From: Vezdaea acicularis
Taxonomy: Eukaryota
Length of the DNA: 64,000 bases
Reading direction: 5' to 3'
Assembly (NCBI GenBank): GCA_026025075.1
Contig: JAPEUI010000016.1
Location: 62,001 to 126,000, forward strand
The position numbers and the translations under genes are program-made. The notes under the pieces are model-generated. The model saw only the letters and a program-made list of their open reading frames with translations. It ran no database searches and was not told the DNA's origin. This document shows, piece after piece, positions 33,603-45,524 of this stretch (the stretch's first letter is position 1; each line of letters begins with the position of its first letter).

Positions 33603-35402
33603 ATGGACTTGACCAAGACACTTTCGCGGACCTCCTCAAAAGGGGTGAAGCTCGAGCTAGATCCGTTCGCTGGCCATCTCGGACATCTCACGGCGCAACA
33701 GAAGGCTAGTCTGGAGGAGTTCAAGCAGCTATGTGCACAGGAGGGCTTTTTCAAGCCCCCAACGCCAGAGAATGGGGGGAAGGCGAGTCATGATGACCAG
33801 ACGATGCTGTATGATCTTGACCTGCACCACTCCGTCTTGATTGTGTCTCGGGGCGGATCTGATGTGACTTCAGGAGATACCTGCGCGCGCGGAAATTCGA
33901 TCAGAAAGGCGCATTTGATCAATTCAAGGATACGGAGCAATGGCGAGCCACGAACGGCATAGACAGTCTCTACTTGAACATTGATATCAATGAATTCGAG
34001 GAAACACGGCGACTCGTAAGGATGGAACGACTTGCCTTGTTATGCATCATGAAAGCTGACAGCGTGTTTAGTATCCCCAATGGACAGGCCGCCGAGACAA
34101 ACGCGGCGTCCCCGTCTACCTCTTTGAAGTGTCACACCTCAGCTCCAAGACCATGTCCGCCTACGACAAAGCTGTGGGCAAGGGCTCGAAAGCGGAGAAG
34201 AAAGTGTCGGCCAAGGGCGGAAACCCGCCCAAGATGCAACGCCTCTTCGCTCTGTACGAGAACCTCGTCCAGCTCATCCTCCCGATCTGCACCCGGCTAC
34301 CGCATGAGCGTAACCCGGAGGTGCCCATCACGCAGAGCAACAACATCGTCGACATACGCAACGTAGGCTTGAAGCAATTCTGGAACCTGCGCAGCCACAT
34401 GCAGGATGCGAGCGTACTCGCAACCGCTCATTATCCCGAGACGCTCGATCGCATATTCGTCAGTTGCCCCCTTTTTTTTTTTCCAAAACCCCCCCCCCCC
34501 CGCCCCCGCAACGGCGAAAACTGTACTGACATCCTATCCCCTCCTAGATCATCGGCGCGCCCTCCTTCTTCCCCACGGTCTGGGGCTGGATCAAGAACTG
34601 GTTCGACCCGATCACCGTCTCGAAGATCTTTATTCTTGGCACCCACGAAGTAAAGCCCACGCTCACGCGCTTCATCGATATTGCCAACATCCCCAAGAGA
34701 TATGGCGGCGAGCTCGACTATGAATTCGGCATGATGCCCCTGCTAGACCCCGAGCTGGCAAACGCATTAACGTGGACGAAACCCGCGCCGAGCGGCTCGA
34801 CGCAGACGTTTCCTATCGGACCGATTCAGATGGTGGAGATGGATGATGGCGAGGTGAAGCTACTCGCGGTGGGAAGTGTGGATGGGAAGGAACGGAGAGA
34901 GGAGATTGCTCGGCTGCATCTGAAGCCGTGGAGTCCACCTCCCGATGCGCCGGAGATGGAGACGGAAAAGCCGCCACCGCCACAGCAGCAGCCTGCCGCG
35001 TTTGAGGAAGTGGTAGCGCCGGTTGCGGGGCAAGAGGACGTCCAACCACCCGCCGTGCTCAACGACCCCACCCCTCCGGCCAAACATGAAACTGTGCCTG
35101 CCCCCCCCGCCCCGCTCGAACCTCAAGACCCCCTCACCACAGCCCCTCCTCCCCCATCTCCCTCAGCCACCCCCCACCATCCACCTCCTGAAACAACAAC
35201 CACATACCCCGTCCTCAAAGACCCATCCCCACCTCCTGAAACAACAACCCAAGAACCTCCCCACTCACCCCAGCCCTTACTCGATAAAGCAACAGAGGAT
35301 ATCGCGCTGCTGAACCTCAAGGCGGGGGAGAAGGCCGAGTTGGCGAATGGAGTGGTTTCGTTGGTTGGGAAGAGGGAGAGGGTGGAGAATGGTGGGGTGT
35401 GA
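33603..35402 (+). CDS. CRAL-TRIO/Sec14-like lipid-binding protein with Pro-rich tail (4 exons)
   Basis: GHLGHLTAQQ, DDQTML|RYLRARKF, YPQWTGRRDKRG, QSNNIVDI, ATAHYPETLDRIF|IIGAPSFFPTVWGWIKNWFDP and IPKRYGGEL. Three GT-AG introns near 33809-33873, 34016-34071 and 34459-34548. Confidence 0.9.
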
Positions 35403-36227
35403 TTATAAGGGGTTGGTGGACAGTGGGCAGGGGTAGAGGGTGAGGGGTTGGATGGGAGGGGAGGGACGGGAGGGATGGACAGGAGGGGTGGGATAGGAGG
35501 GATGGATATGAGATGTAGAAGCTAGATATACCCAACCACCCCAACCCACATAACCCCAACCCACATAACCCCAACCCTCTCCACAGACCTCTCCATCCAA
35601 TCCATCCCCCGCGTGCCGACCCCAAACCGAAGCCTTGACCGAACAGGTTCACTGGCAGCGGCGGCGGCGGCGGCAGCAGCAGCAGCAGCAGCACCAGCGC
35701 CTGCGTTGCTTTACTTTGCTTTACTTTACTTCACTTTACGTGATGAATAGTATACGATAGAATACTTTACGTTACAATAACATTAGAAACGCGTAAAAGT
35801 ATACCCTCCATCTACACTCCCCACTTCCCCCGCCGCCCATCGCCCCGCCCCTCCCCCTTCCCTGGCCACCCCACTACTCCCACGCCTTCCACAATCCCCC
35901 CTTACCCATTCCTTCCCTCTCCCTTCATCAGGTAGGTAAATGACACAACACGAAGCCATGAGCCAAGAGATACAAGCCACGATGCGAGCAAAAGAACAAA
36001 TGCCCCCATTCCATTCCATTCCATTCCACCCCATCACACCAAGTTTTACACACCACAAGCCCATGAGCCAGCCACAAAAAATGCGCGCAGCGAGCAAACA
36101 CAATCCCCCCTTTTCCCAAAGAAAAAAGAAAAAACGCCCAACCCCATTCTTTCCTCCCTTTCTCCTAAAATAATAGCGTCATAAAAGAAGGGGGCCCAAG
36201 AACTCATAAACGAATCAATCAATCAGA

Positions 36228-38710
36228 TTACGCAACAGTCTTGCCACCACAGTTCGGAATCTTGACGCCGGGCTTCAGATTGCGGTTCACGTCCATGAGG
36301 CCCCATTTATCCTCCCAATTCTTGCCGGGTGTGTCGAACTGCACTTTCCACGGCTCGTCAAACGCTTCGAACCTAAAACTCCCCACAAAAAGAACGTTAG
36401 TGGTGTTCGTTACACATCATAAAAGCCCCCTTCCCCCTCAAAAATAGAGGGAGGAAATGTAAATAAAAACCTCGGAAAAACCCACCAGAAGAATTCCGTC
36501 GAGTTGGCCAACGACTGGCAGATGAACGTGTCCATAAACTTGTTCATCTGATCGATCCCCGCCACGCTACCGGACGTCCCACCCGTGCACGTACCCCCTC
36601 CACAATCCGTCCCGCCGTCGCTCGGCCAGCCCGTCTCGCTGATGATGGCCTTGGGGGCATTCGTGAGCCCCTGGATCAGACTAACGTCATGCTGCTGGAA
36701 AAAGTTCCATGTCCACGACGCGGCTACGTCGGCGCTCACACCTGCGAAGAAAGGGTGGATGTTGGCCATGACTATGTCCACTTCGGACGCGAGCGCCGTC
36801 GTCCAGTTGTCGCCCAGGTCCGACGTCGCGACGGGCAGCGTGATCTTTTTGGCGGTGAGGTTGCTCTTGACGCCCGACAGGATCAGAGACATCTCCGCGT
36901 CAGTCTTATCTTTCCGATACAGCACTTCGTTGCCGATGATAATACCGACAAAGGGCGCGGCGCCGTTCTTGTCCAGGATGTCGTACATGGCCGTCAGCTG
37001 ACGCGTGTTCGTCGTGTCGTTGTTTCCTATCCACACCCCGAGCCAGACTTTCGTCTTCGTGAGACCTAGCTGGCTAATGGCGTGGAGCGTCATCTCCGTC
37101 TGGTTGCAATCGGTGCCGTACAGTCGTATCTGGTTCGTGAGCTGCGATAAGACCGCGACATCCCGAGTGACATTATTCTGACTGGGCGGGTTCGTCAAGC
37201 AATCCGGATACTGAGTGTTGATAGGGGTGTAGTCGATGCCTGGGAAGACCTTGAACAGGTTGGGATTGTTCATGAGCTTCTGGATCTCAGCAGAGTTCTT
37301 GTTCAAGTCGCCCTTTCCATCGTCTTGAGCGGCAGTTTGCCCATGATTGCCCATTGACGGACTGGCTTGGTTCGCCTTCCTTGCTCCGATGATACCTCCA
37401 GCGACACCGCCAGCAATCCCCCCGATCACGAGAAGCACAACGAGGATGCCCACAATCCACTTCAATTTCTTCCTCCCTGTGGTCTGCTTGTCGAGCCATT
37501 CGCTCTTCTCAATATTGTCGCCGCTGCCATCACCAGGCACAGGGCCGTACTGCTGGTTCACTGCGGTTGGCTGTGCCGTGCTAGCTTTTCTACCCACCAG
37601 ACTGCCCAGCGTGCCCATGATACCCCCTGCCGCAGCGCCAGTAGCCACTCCAGCCCCAGCAGCACCGGCGTTGCCAGGACCTCGGCCAATGTTGAGGACA
37701 GATCTTCGTTGCGGGTTCGCCGGGGCGAGATAATCGTCGCCATCATCCGCAATATCGTGTGGGTTGATACCACCAAGATCTGTTCGACTGACCCGAGGAT
37801 CCCACGCGGTCGAGTATCGATTGTAAGGGTTGTCGGTGAAATGCGTCCCACTTTCGAGCATGAACCTGTCCTGAGACGGATGTGACCCCACAGAGACACT
37901 GTTCTCTTCAGGGTAGAGGCCTGGCGTTGATTGACCCGGGGGGACTGCAGCGGCGCCTAGAGGTATGTTTGACGAATTCGACGACTGCTGGTACAGAGTA
38001 CTCCGGGGCCGAGTTGACCCGTACGGCGCGTCAGACATACTTCTCTCTCCTGGGCCATGGTATGTGTCTCCCGAAAAATCATTTTGTCGAACGGGATGCC
38101 TTACATCTTCTATACCTCTGAGAGCTTGCACTCCACTCTCACGCTCATTACTATTTGCAACGCCCAACGCAACGCCTGCAATGCCTCCGCCAGCAGCCGA
38201 CTCCCCGAAGTTGTCCATTCCAGGAGTGGGGGTCGACGCGGTTCTTTGGGAGTGCGAGTATCCCAAACCTTGGCCCCAAGCTTGACCTCCCTCTGTGGAG
38301 GTCAACAGAGGAGGACCAGCCCGTGGTACGGAGTGTGGTGGAGGAGGGGGCGGAGCAGCTTCAGATAGCTCAGGAGCGGGTTGGCCTGCACCGACCGGCT
38401 TCCTTGAAAGGCGTCGTTGTGCTTGAATTTCGCCAAAGGCCGAGGATGGGTGTGCGGATGGATTGAATCGAACGGGAGGGGCGGCTGGCACCGATGGGCC
38501 AAATTGAGAAGGGGGATTGTAGGACGGTGGAGGAATCGACTGTTGTTGTTGTTGTTGTTGTCTTACGGGACTTATTTCGTCCCTGTACGGTGATGCGTAC
38601 TGGTTCTCGTTGTCGTTGCCAGGTCTGTTTTGACCGCCTGCTCCGCGAGACGGTTGATTGTCGTCATGGTAGTCGAAGGAGAAGGTCCGACCTAGGGGTT
38701 GTTGCGACAT
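36228..38710 (-). CDS. btgC: Membrane-anchored GH17 endo-1,3-beta-glucanase (btgC-like), 2 exons
   Basis: Long disordered N-terminus, EKSEWL, TM helix, [47 protein letters not shown] and [10 protein letters not shown]...EDKWGL. Intron 36373-36485. Confidence 0.88.
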
Positions 38711-39851
38711 TATCTCGGAACGGTGCCTCCCCGAGACTCGTAATACTCAGCGGGAGAGGCCGCAAGAATGCACGGGAAATCGTCCGCTTACAACTGCGGC
38801 GAGTTCTCCTTTTGTCTGGGGTCAGGCATGTAAGGGCTGCGTACCACGAAGGCTCTGCGTTAAATAAGTCGGCGAGGCAGCGTCAACCGACGAACGAGCG
38901 AACGTTGCAATTGCAACTCCGAGACAAGAGGCTTGAGTGATTACAGTAGCCTCTCCTCGCGATGAAGGGGACGAAGTTCTTTTGGAGGGAAGAGAAAGGG
39001 AGGCTGAGGTGAGGAGGCTTGTCTGGGTAGTGTTTTCCCCCTCGTGACGCACCAGCTGGGAGCGGTTGGATGGTGAATCGGTGAATGCCGCGGTGGCTTT
39101 TCCAGCCTTGCACCGTCGGGAAGCGACCGACCGAAGGGGGCAGTCTCCAATATCTCCGAAGGGGAAGAGCGCAGACCTGAAGAAGGTGTGAGGCTAGAAA
39201 GCGATGTTTTTCGACGAGAAGATGGGAGAGCGCCGAGGGAGCGTACGGGACAAAGCAAGGACGATCACGATTGTCTACACGGCGATGTCTCCTGCCTTGA
39301 ATGGCGGTTGCTGGGAGCGTCACGACTTGGGAAGGAGCAGGATTGATGATGGTCGGCGGTCGGCAAGCGACCGAGTCGGGGCTAGTGCCAAGTTTCGAGT
39401 TGTCGAAGCAACGCCCCCCAGAAACCCCTAAAATAGCCGGGAGGGGGACTAAACAACCCCGCCATTACGCTTCGTCTCAATCATGTTGCGAGACGCCCAT
39501 TCGTCAGGCGCGCGTTCAGCCGTCCTCACACAAAGCCGAGTGGCAGCAGTACCAGCAGCAAGTAGTGGATCAGCTTTTGATTAAAAGGCTATATACGCCG
39601 AGAGACCGTGAACTCCTAAAATGCCTGCATGAAATTTCTCAGAGACCCAAACGCCCTGGCAACGCAACCCTCTATCGATAACTCTATCGATCGCAGAAGA
39701 TGACCTGTTCAAACCCGCCCGCTCAAGTGCATTCAGCAGCGCGAACCCCCGCCGTTGGACTGACCCTACGATGCCGTGGTAATCCGACCGATGCATTCAT
39801 GATTCCATAAGTCGTGACGATGCCCGTGCGTGAACATGAACCGATAACGAT

Positions 39852-41777
39852 TTAAGCAGCCTGTACCCTCGCTTCCTCATCTTGCAGATGAGATGATTTG
39901 CTGTCGCCATTTCGAGGCCCGATAAATGCTGCAGAAACACCGGCCGCAATGATGCACATGAAAGCTTGACAGGATTAAGTTAGCAGTGGCCTACGGCGGT
40001 AGTGGAAATGGCGGCGATGCGTTTGAGGAGAGGGTGCTTACCAAGTAGAAAGCTCAGATTCCCATAACCATAGTTATTGACCATATATCCAGCAAGTTCA
40101 GGGCCGACAAGGGTACCCGACGTGTATGTCATGCTGCTGAGTGAATATAGACGAGAATATCCCCCATTAGGACCGAATATGCCTGGTTGAGCCGCTTCGA
40201 GCTCGTCGACCACAAGAGTGGACTCGACTGTACCAGCTCCCGTGACTAGGTTGATGCTGCAGCCGATGGCAATCATGCATGCCACATACAAGGCTTTTCC
40301 GGTGTATTCGACTGCCCATGGAAAGCGAGGGTCGCCTGGTACCCCGCAAAGGAACATGAAGGGAGTCAAGATCAACCATCCGACGGTCGTTGGCCATCGC
40401 ACGCCGAGACGATCTCGCATCCAGCCCGCGATGGGGCTGAACATGATGCCAGGCGCCTGCAGGGCCAAGAACATCATGCCTGCAGGCAGCGAGTCCCAAC
40501 CAAATGCAGCTTTCACGTGTAAGGGTAGTGTTGCCTCGAACGAGGCGTAGAATATACTGTAGGTAAAAGTGCAGAAGGCCGATGCAAGATACCGACGCTG
40601 CGATAGGAGGAGGATGTAGTATTGATACCAGTTGACTGGTGTCACCGGTGGCTTCTTGGAGGCATGATCGTCGGACTTTCGTAGGAGCGAGGCGTATTCG
40701 AGGATTTCTTCATTAGGAGTGCTAGGAGCGGTAGAAACTGCAGAGTGGGTTGGAGATGATGTGGATGAGGTGGGTCTGGATTCATTGGAGGCGGCGGAGG
40801 CAGGGGAGGAAGGTCGAGGGTGTTCGGATAGGAGTGGAGCATGCTCGAGCTCTCCTTGAAGAATGGCGGCCTCGGCAAGGATATTTTCGGGAGGGCAATG
40901 TGAGATGGCGCCGTATGGCGACGAAGACTTTTCAGTCCTTGCCTTCCGTGGGTTTTCTACCATAAGGAAACGCAAGACGATGTCCACGACCAGCTACATC
41001 AATGTCAGGCCAAAGCTTTCGGATTTTCTGAAGGCCGGGACAGCTTACCACTGCAATTGCGGTCGACCACGTAGCCCAGTAGCCTACGGTCTGTAGGAGG
41101 ATCCCACTGACCATAGGACCAGCAAACGCCCCAGCGTTCATAAAAGGTGTGATGATCCCAAAGGTTGTACCCAGCTTCTCCGTTGGCACCGTATCGGCAA
41201 TGGTAGCGAACCCCACCACCCATATCAGTGTGGCAGACAGCCCTTGGACGATTCGGGCGAGATAGAGCAGGTATACTGTCTCTCATGTTAGTGAAAAAGG
41301 CTGAAAAATATTTTTTTCCCGTCATTTGCAATGCTCACGCTGTGTAGACCAAGCGAAGAGGACCGTGCTCGCCAACGCGGCCGCAAGCCCAACAATCAGA
41401 GGGCCCCTTCGAAGGGTCGAGCTGTCCGCTATGATGCCAATGAACGGACTGCTGATCACTTCAACAGCGGCATAGACGGCGAGCAGGTTGGACGTGCTGC
41501 TCTGGGTCGCTTTGTGTCGGATGCCCAGCCGCTCCTCGAGCATATAAGGTAGAATGGGAACGATGAAGCCATAGAGGAATAAATCTGAAGTCAGTCAGTC
41601 AGTAATTGTTTCTTGCCGAATGAGACCGGTTGAGGATTTTGGGTGGCGAGGCGGAAGCGGCCACAGTGAGGTGGACTCACCAGCAAATAAGGCGACGGTG
41701 ATGGTTGTCACGATGAATACTGTTGACGATCTCCATTTCCAGGCGGGTGAAGGCGAGCTCGATCGGTTGGAATTCAT
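39852..41777 (-). CDS. MFS transporter (SLC18/amine-transporter-like), 5 exons
   Basis: Exons 41681-41777, 41339-41584, 41049-41275, 40042-40993 and 39852-39964. WRSSTVFIVTTI, DLFLYGFIVPILPYML, GIIADS..RR, LARIVQG, GWMRDRLG and GIFGPNGGYSR. Confidence 0.88.
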
Positions 41778-42867
41778 TACTCTGTGCAGGCGGATGAATT
41801 CGAAGTGACGGGAGAGAGAGAGAGGTCGCTCGCGAGGGAATGGAGTGGGCGGGGCGGGCGGTTAAAAAGGACAAAGAGGAAATTGAGTGGTGAGGGCCGA
41901 AATTCGGCGCAGGTCACGATGGAGTTGTTGAAACGATTTGCAGCGGATAAGCTAAGCCGCCCAGCCAATGACACGGCGCCGTCGCGTGGGCCGGCTCAAC
42001 CCCCCACTACCTCTCGGATGGCCATGGAATGATGCAGCGGCCGCGCGAGCGCAACGGGCGGGGGCGGTGGGATACCTGCGGTCGAGCCTTCGGCGGCGTC
42101 GCGACGGTCGAGAGCGTCGAAAGCAGTCAAGTCACGATGCTCGCCATCGGTCTCCATCTGGACCCGCGGCGGCGCATATGCGAGTGGAGGGTGTCAGGGT
42201 GCCGGAGCCCGAACGGGGATCGGGTGGGCGAGGGGGCCAGGGTGGGCAGGCGAGTGTGGGTGCCGTGTGGGCGCAGGGTGGGCGTGGGTGGGCAGCTAGC
42301 ACCCCGTGCCGACCGATAAAGCGTAAGCGAGAGTGCCACCCATGCAGGCGGTCAACAGCGGGCAGGGATGCGTCGGCCCTCGCTGCAGCGTCGAGTTGGT
42401 GTGCGGCGGGACCGTGCTGACACAATCCAATAATCTCCGCCGCGTCTCCGTCGAGTGCATGCATTAAACGCCATGATAACCCCCTCCGCCTGCCAGCCTC
42501 GGGGTTGCTTTCCTCCTTCCTTTCCATCGACTCTTCGCCTGGCAGAGGCACTCTTGCAGCAACGTGCTCGACCAAAAACCCCTCTCGCGTGGAAGATCGT
42601 GAGATAGTGCCGTCTTCTGACTGTCGCCTTGTGATATTTCACTTCTTCCGCTTGCTCCGCTTGCCTTGTGGGTCATGAAGCCCTCTGGAGCAGTTTGTCG
42701 CCGCGAGAACATGAACACATGTTCCTCCCCGGAGTACTTTTTGGCGTGGAAGTACTCGTTCGCGGCTTGCTGCTCTTTTTGACGTGCTGCTGGTGGTGTC
42801 TAGAGTTATCTTGGCTGCAACGCTGTGGCCAGGAGCATCGTACAACTAATGCCGTGATAGGGGCGTG

Positions 42868-44068
42868 CTACCAGCCAAGGGTCTCCAGGGAACGCGAGGA
42901 TCTCGTCAAAAAACCCTCTGTGGCTGCTCTTGCTGCATCCAATGGCCGGTGTCTTCGATCGGGTTGAGTCCTCTGAGGTCAGCGTTACGATGTGGCCTTG
43001 AAGGGTGCCAGGCTCTTGCCAAGCGCCCCTCAGTCTCTGATACCTACGATGTACAGAGTGGGGACGACGATCCTGAGTCCGGCGAAGAGTTGCAGGTCTT
43101 TCATGCCGATCGTGGCACTCCGATACCTATTCAGTCAGCCCGTGGAACCCATTTCGTTCCAAATTCTTCTGTGTAGAAGGCAAGGCCGGGGCCTGGTAGC
43201 CAGCTCCAACTCTTTTCTCAGACCTCCTCAGCTTTATTGGTCTGTTCTTTTCGATTGCTGCCCGCATCGTTACATGGAAAGGTATGATGTAGTCAAGGTG
43301 GCATAGCGACGATGTAATCGGTCGACCACCCTTCAGCGGAAAAGGGTCTGTTCGCCGTCCAGTCTGCGCTCTCGGTGTAGAAGTTGGTCTGCAGGAAGTG
43401 CTGCAGCCCTTCGACCGGCTTCAACGGGTCATTATTCGCTGCAGGGCTTGAGAAATGCCATTTGTGGTATTTTGCGTGGATCCGGGAGACTGGCAAGCGC
43501 TTGGTGGGTGTTCGGCCCGCTTTCTCCAGGCGGAGGCGGAGGCGGGCTATCTGCGATGTCGGACGGGAGGGCGGGTGGCCCGCTGGATGGGCGGACTCAT
43601 CGTGACCACCCTCGTGACATGCCGGGTCTCGTCAAGGGCACATAACGAGGGAAATCCGAGTCCCCCGATAGCATGCCAGATAACGCATTTTGACGCTCGT
43701 ATACCCCGGCGCACGCGCCAGCACGACGGCGTCCATCAGCAGCTGTGCCGTATTGAAGCTGGCAAGATTCACGTGATTGAACTCGGACCGATCCCATCTA
43801 TGCGTCCGGCCAAACCCACGTCGGTCGAGAGCGCCGCCGTAGTATCGTGACCTGCATCTGCGAGCGGAGCAATCACCTTCCGTCAGGAGAACACCAGCTC
43901 GGAGAATTCATGAAGGAGTGTGAAAAGGGGTCGACACTTATCCGCCGCTTAGCCTGCTTCCAAGGTATCATAGAGAAGGCCGCCTTTTCCGCTGCTGAGT
44001 TGACTTTTGACGATGGAGGAGCCTGCCGTGAGTGATAATAGCTTCGGAGGTTGAATTTGCGCCTCCAT
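42868..44068 (-). pseudogene. Soluble epoxide hydrolase-like alpha/beta hydrolase pseudogene
   Basis: Collinear fragments across frames: LEAG*AADKCRPLFTLLHEFSELVFS*RKVIAPLADAG, LDRRGFGRT, LPDPRK/YHKWHFSS, FYTESADW, SWLP..LAFYTEEF, MKDLQLFAGLRIVVPTLYIVGIRD*G and TGHWMQQEQP. In-frame stops at 43949-51, 43883-85 and 43030-32, plus several frameshifts. Confidence 0.85.
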
Positions 44069-45524
44069 CTCCGATCCTTCCATCGACGTCGGAGCTTCGA
44101 AAGGGGGATGAAGCCTTTGAGAAAGCGCAGCCGGGGTAAGCTTCTATCTAAATAGCCGTCGGCCAACGCATCCGAGATGACGCAGAACCCTTTCCCCGCA
44201 TTGCAACCCTTTCTCCGTGGTTGAGACCTTGCAAACCTCGAGCCGCCAGACTGTTTCTGGGCGCAAGCTTCACTTTCTGGGAGTAGCTCCCTCTTCGTGC
44301 TATCAGTGCCACAACCTTATGTTGGGCACCGACCAAGTTAAAGGGTTGCATGGCAATGAACCCCGGATTCTAAGTCGTTGAATGCTACAGTATGGAGCAG
44401 TATCTTATGTGTCGAAGACTTGTTGCATAGCAAGTGGTCAACATAGCGACAGGGGGAGGGGCTTAGTCACGTAGACGCAGCATCAATTGATCATCCTTTA
44501 CTGCTCGACAGTTTCAACGGCGAGTGGCTCTGTTGCTTTCGTTTTAATGGAGGGATTCGACGGATGCTCCGCGGACCTACTCGGTCACCTGAAAACACAA
44601 ACCTTGCTGCTATGAACTCGCCGTACGGTGCATCACTTCCCTATCAAAAGAGGCCAGGGATTCTCTACATCCTAGGGAAGTCAGTTGCGCTCGAGCTGAT
44701 ATCGTTCATGAGGACGCCATGCTGTCAATGAGGGGCAGATCGGTGATTGCCCCGTTCCGACCGCCCAAATGCTGAACACGCTCGATAGTCAAAAGCTGTT
44801 GATCGTGGCCGGAAGCTTCGCCTTGACCCAAGGGCCGACCCTCCGACTGTAGCCCCCGCCCGCCAAATATGCAACGCCTCGTCGAGCTTGCATTCGATTT
44901 TCACGAGAGCGTCGGGCTGGCCCTGCTGTTTTTTCTCGCAACGTCTCGCGATGGAGGAAACCAAAGGTCTCCCAAGCTTTTCGAAGGGAGCGGATTAAGC
45001 GAGAGAACGAATGATGCGAGCGGCAGATTGGAGAAAAGCAGTGAGATCAGTGGCGGCGGACCCGAAAGCGAGCGGATATCAAACACCCCCAGCTCTTTTT
45101 CGCGACGGGTCGGCCAGCATCTAGAATTTCCGCGGCGTCCCGTCCATCGTCAACCAACTCTTCGTCTTCATCCTTCCCTACACCCCATCAGCGGACTTCC
45201 CCTCGACGTTAGCAACTACCACTCCCTCCATCTCTTCTTTCGTCTCTTGTAGTACCACCTGCTTTTTCCATTCACTTTTTATCTCCCACCCTTCAAATTA
45301 CACGGTGCTCGGTTAATAGCTCTGACGCGGTCATTGCGCTCTGGTGCCGTTCGTGCGCATCCCTTCCCAGTGGCCCTCCAGATGGCTTAATATCAATTCG
45401 TATCTTCTACGAACCTTCAGCGCTCCCTTAATAATATTCCATCAACTCTTTAATCAACGCGCGGTTCGGAGCCCTCTTCTCACAGCTGGAACTGTGCTGG
45501 TGGACACCCTGAGCTCGAGGCACA

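Noticed and set aside
42868..44068. Rescue of the hydrolase by A-to-I editing or TGA read-through
   Set aside because: Multiple frameshifts and lost catalytic residues cannot be repaired by recoding stop codons.
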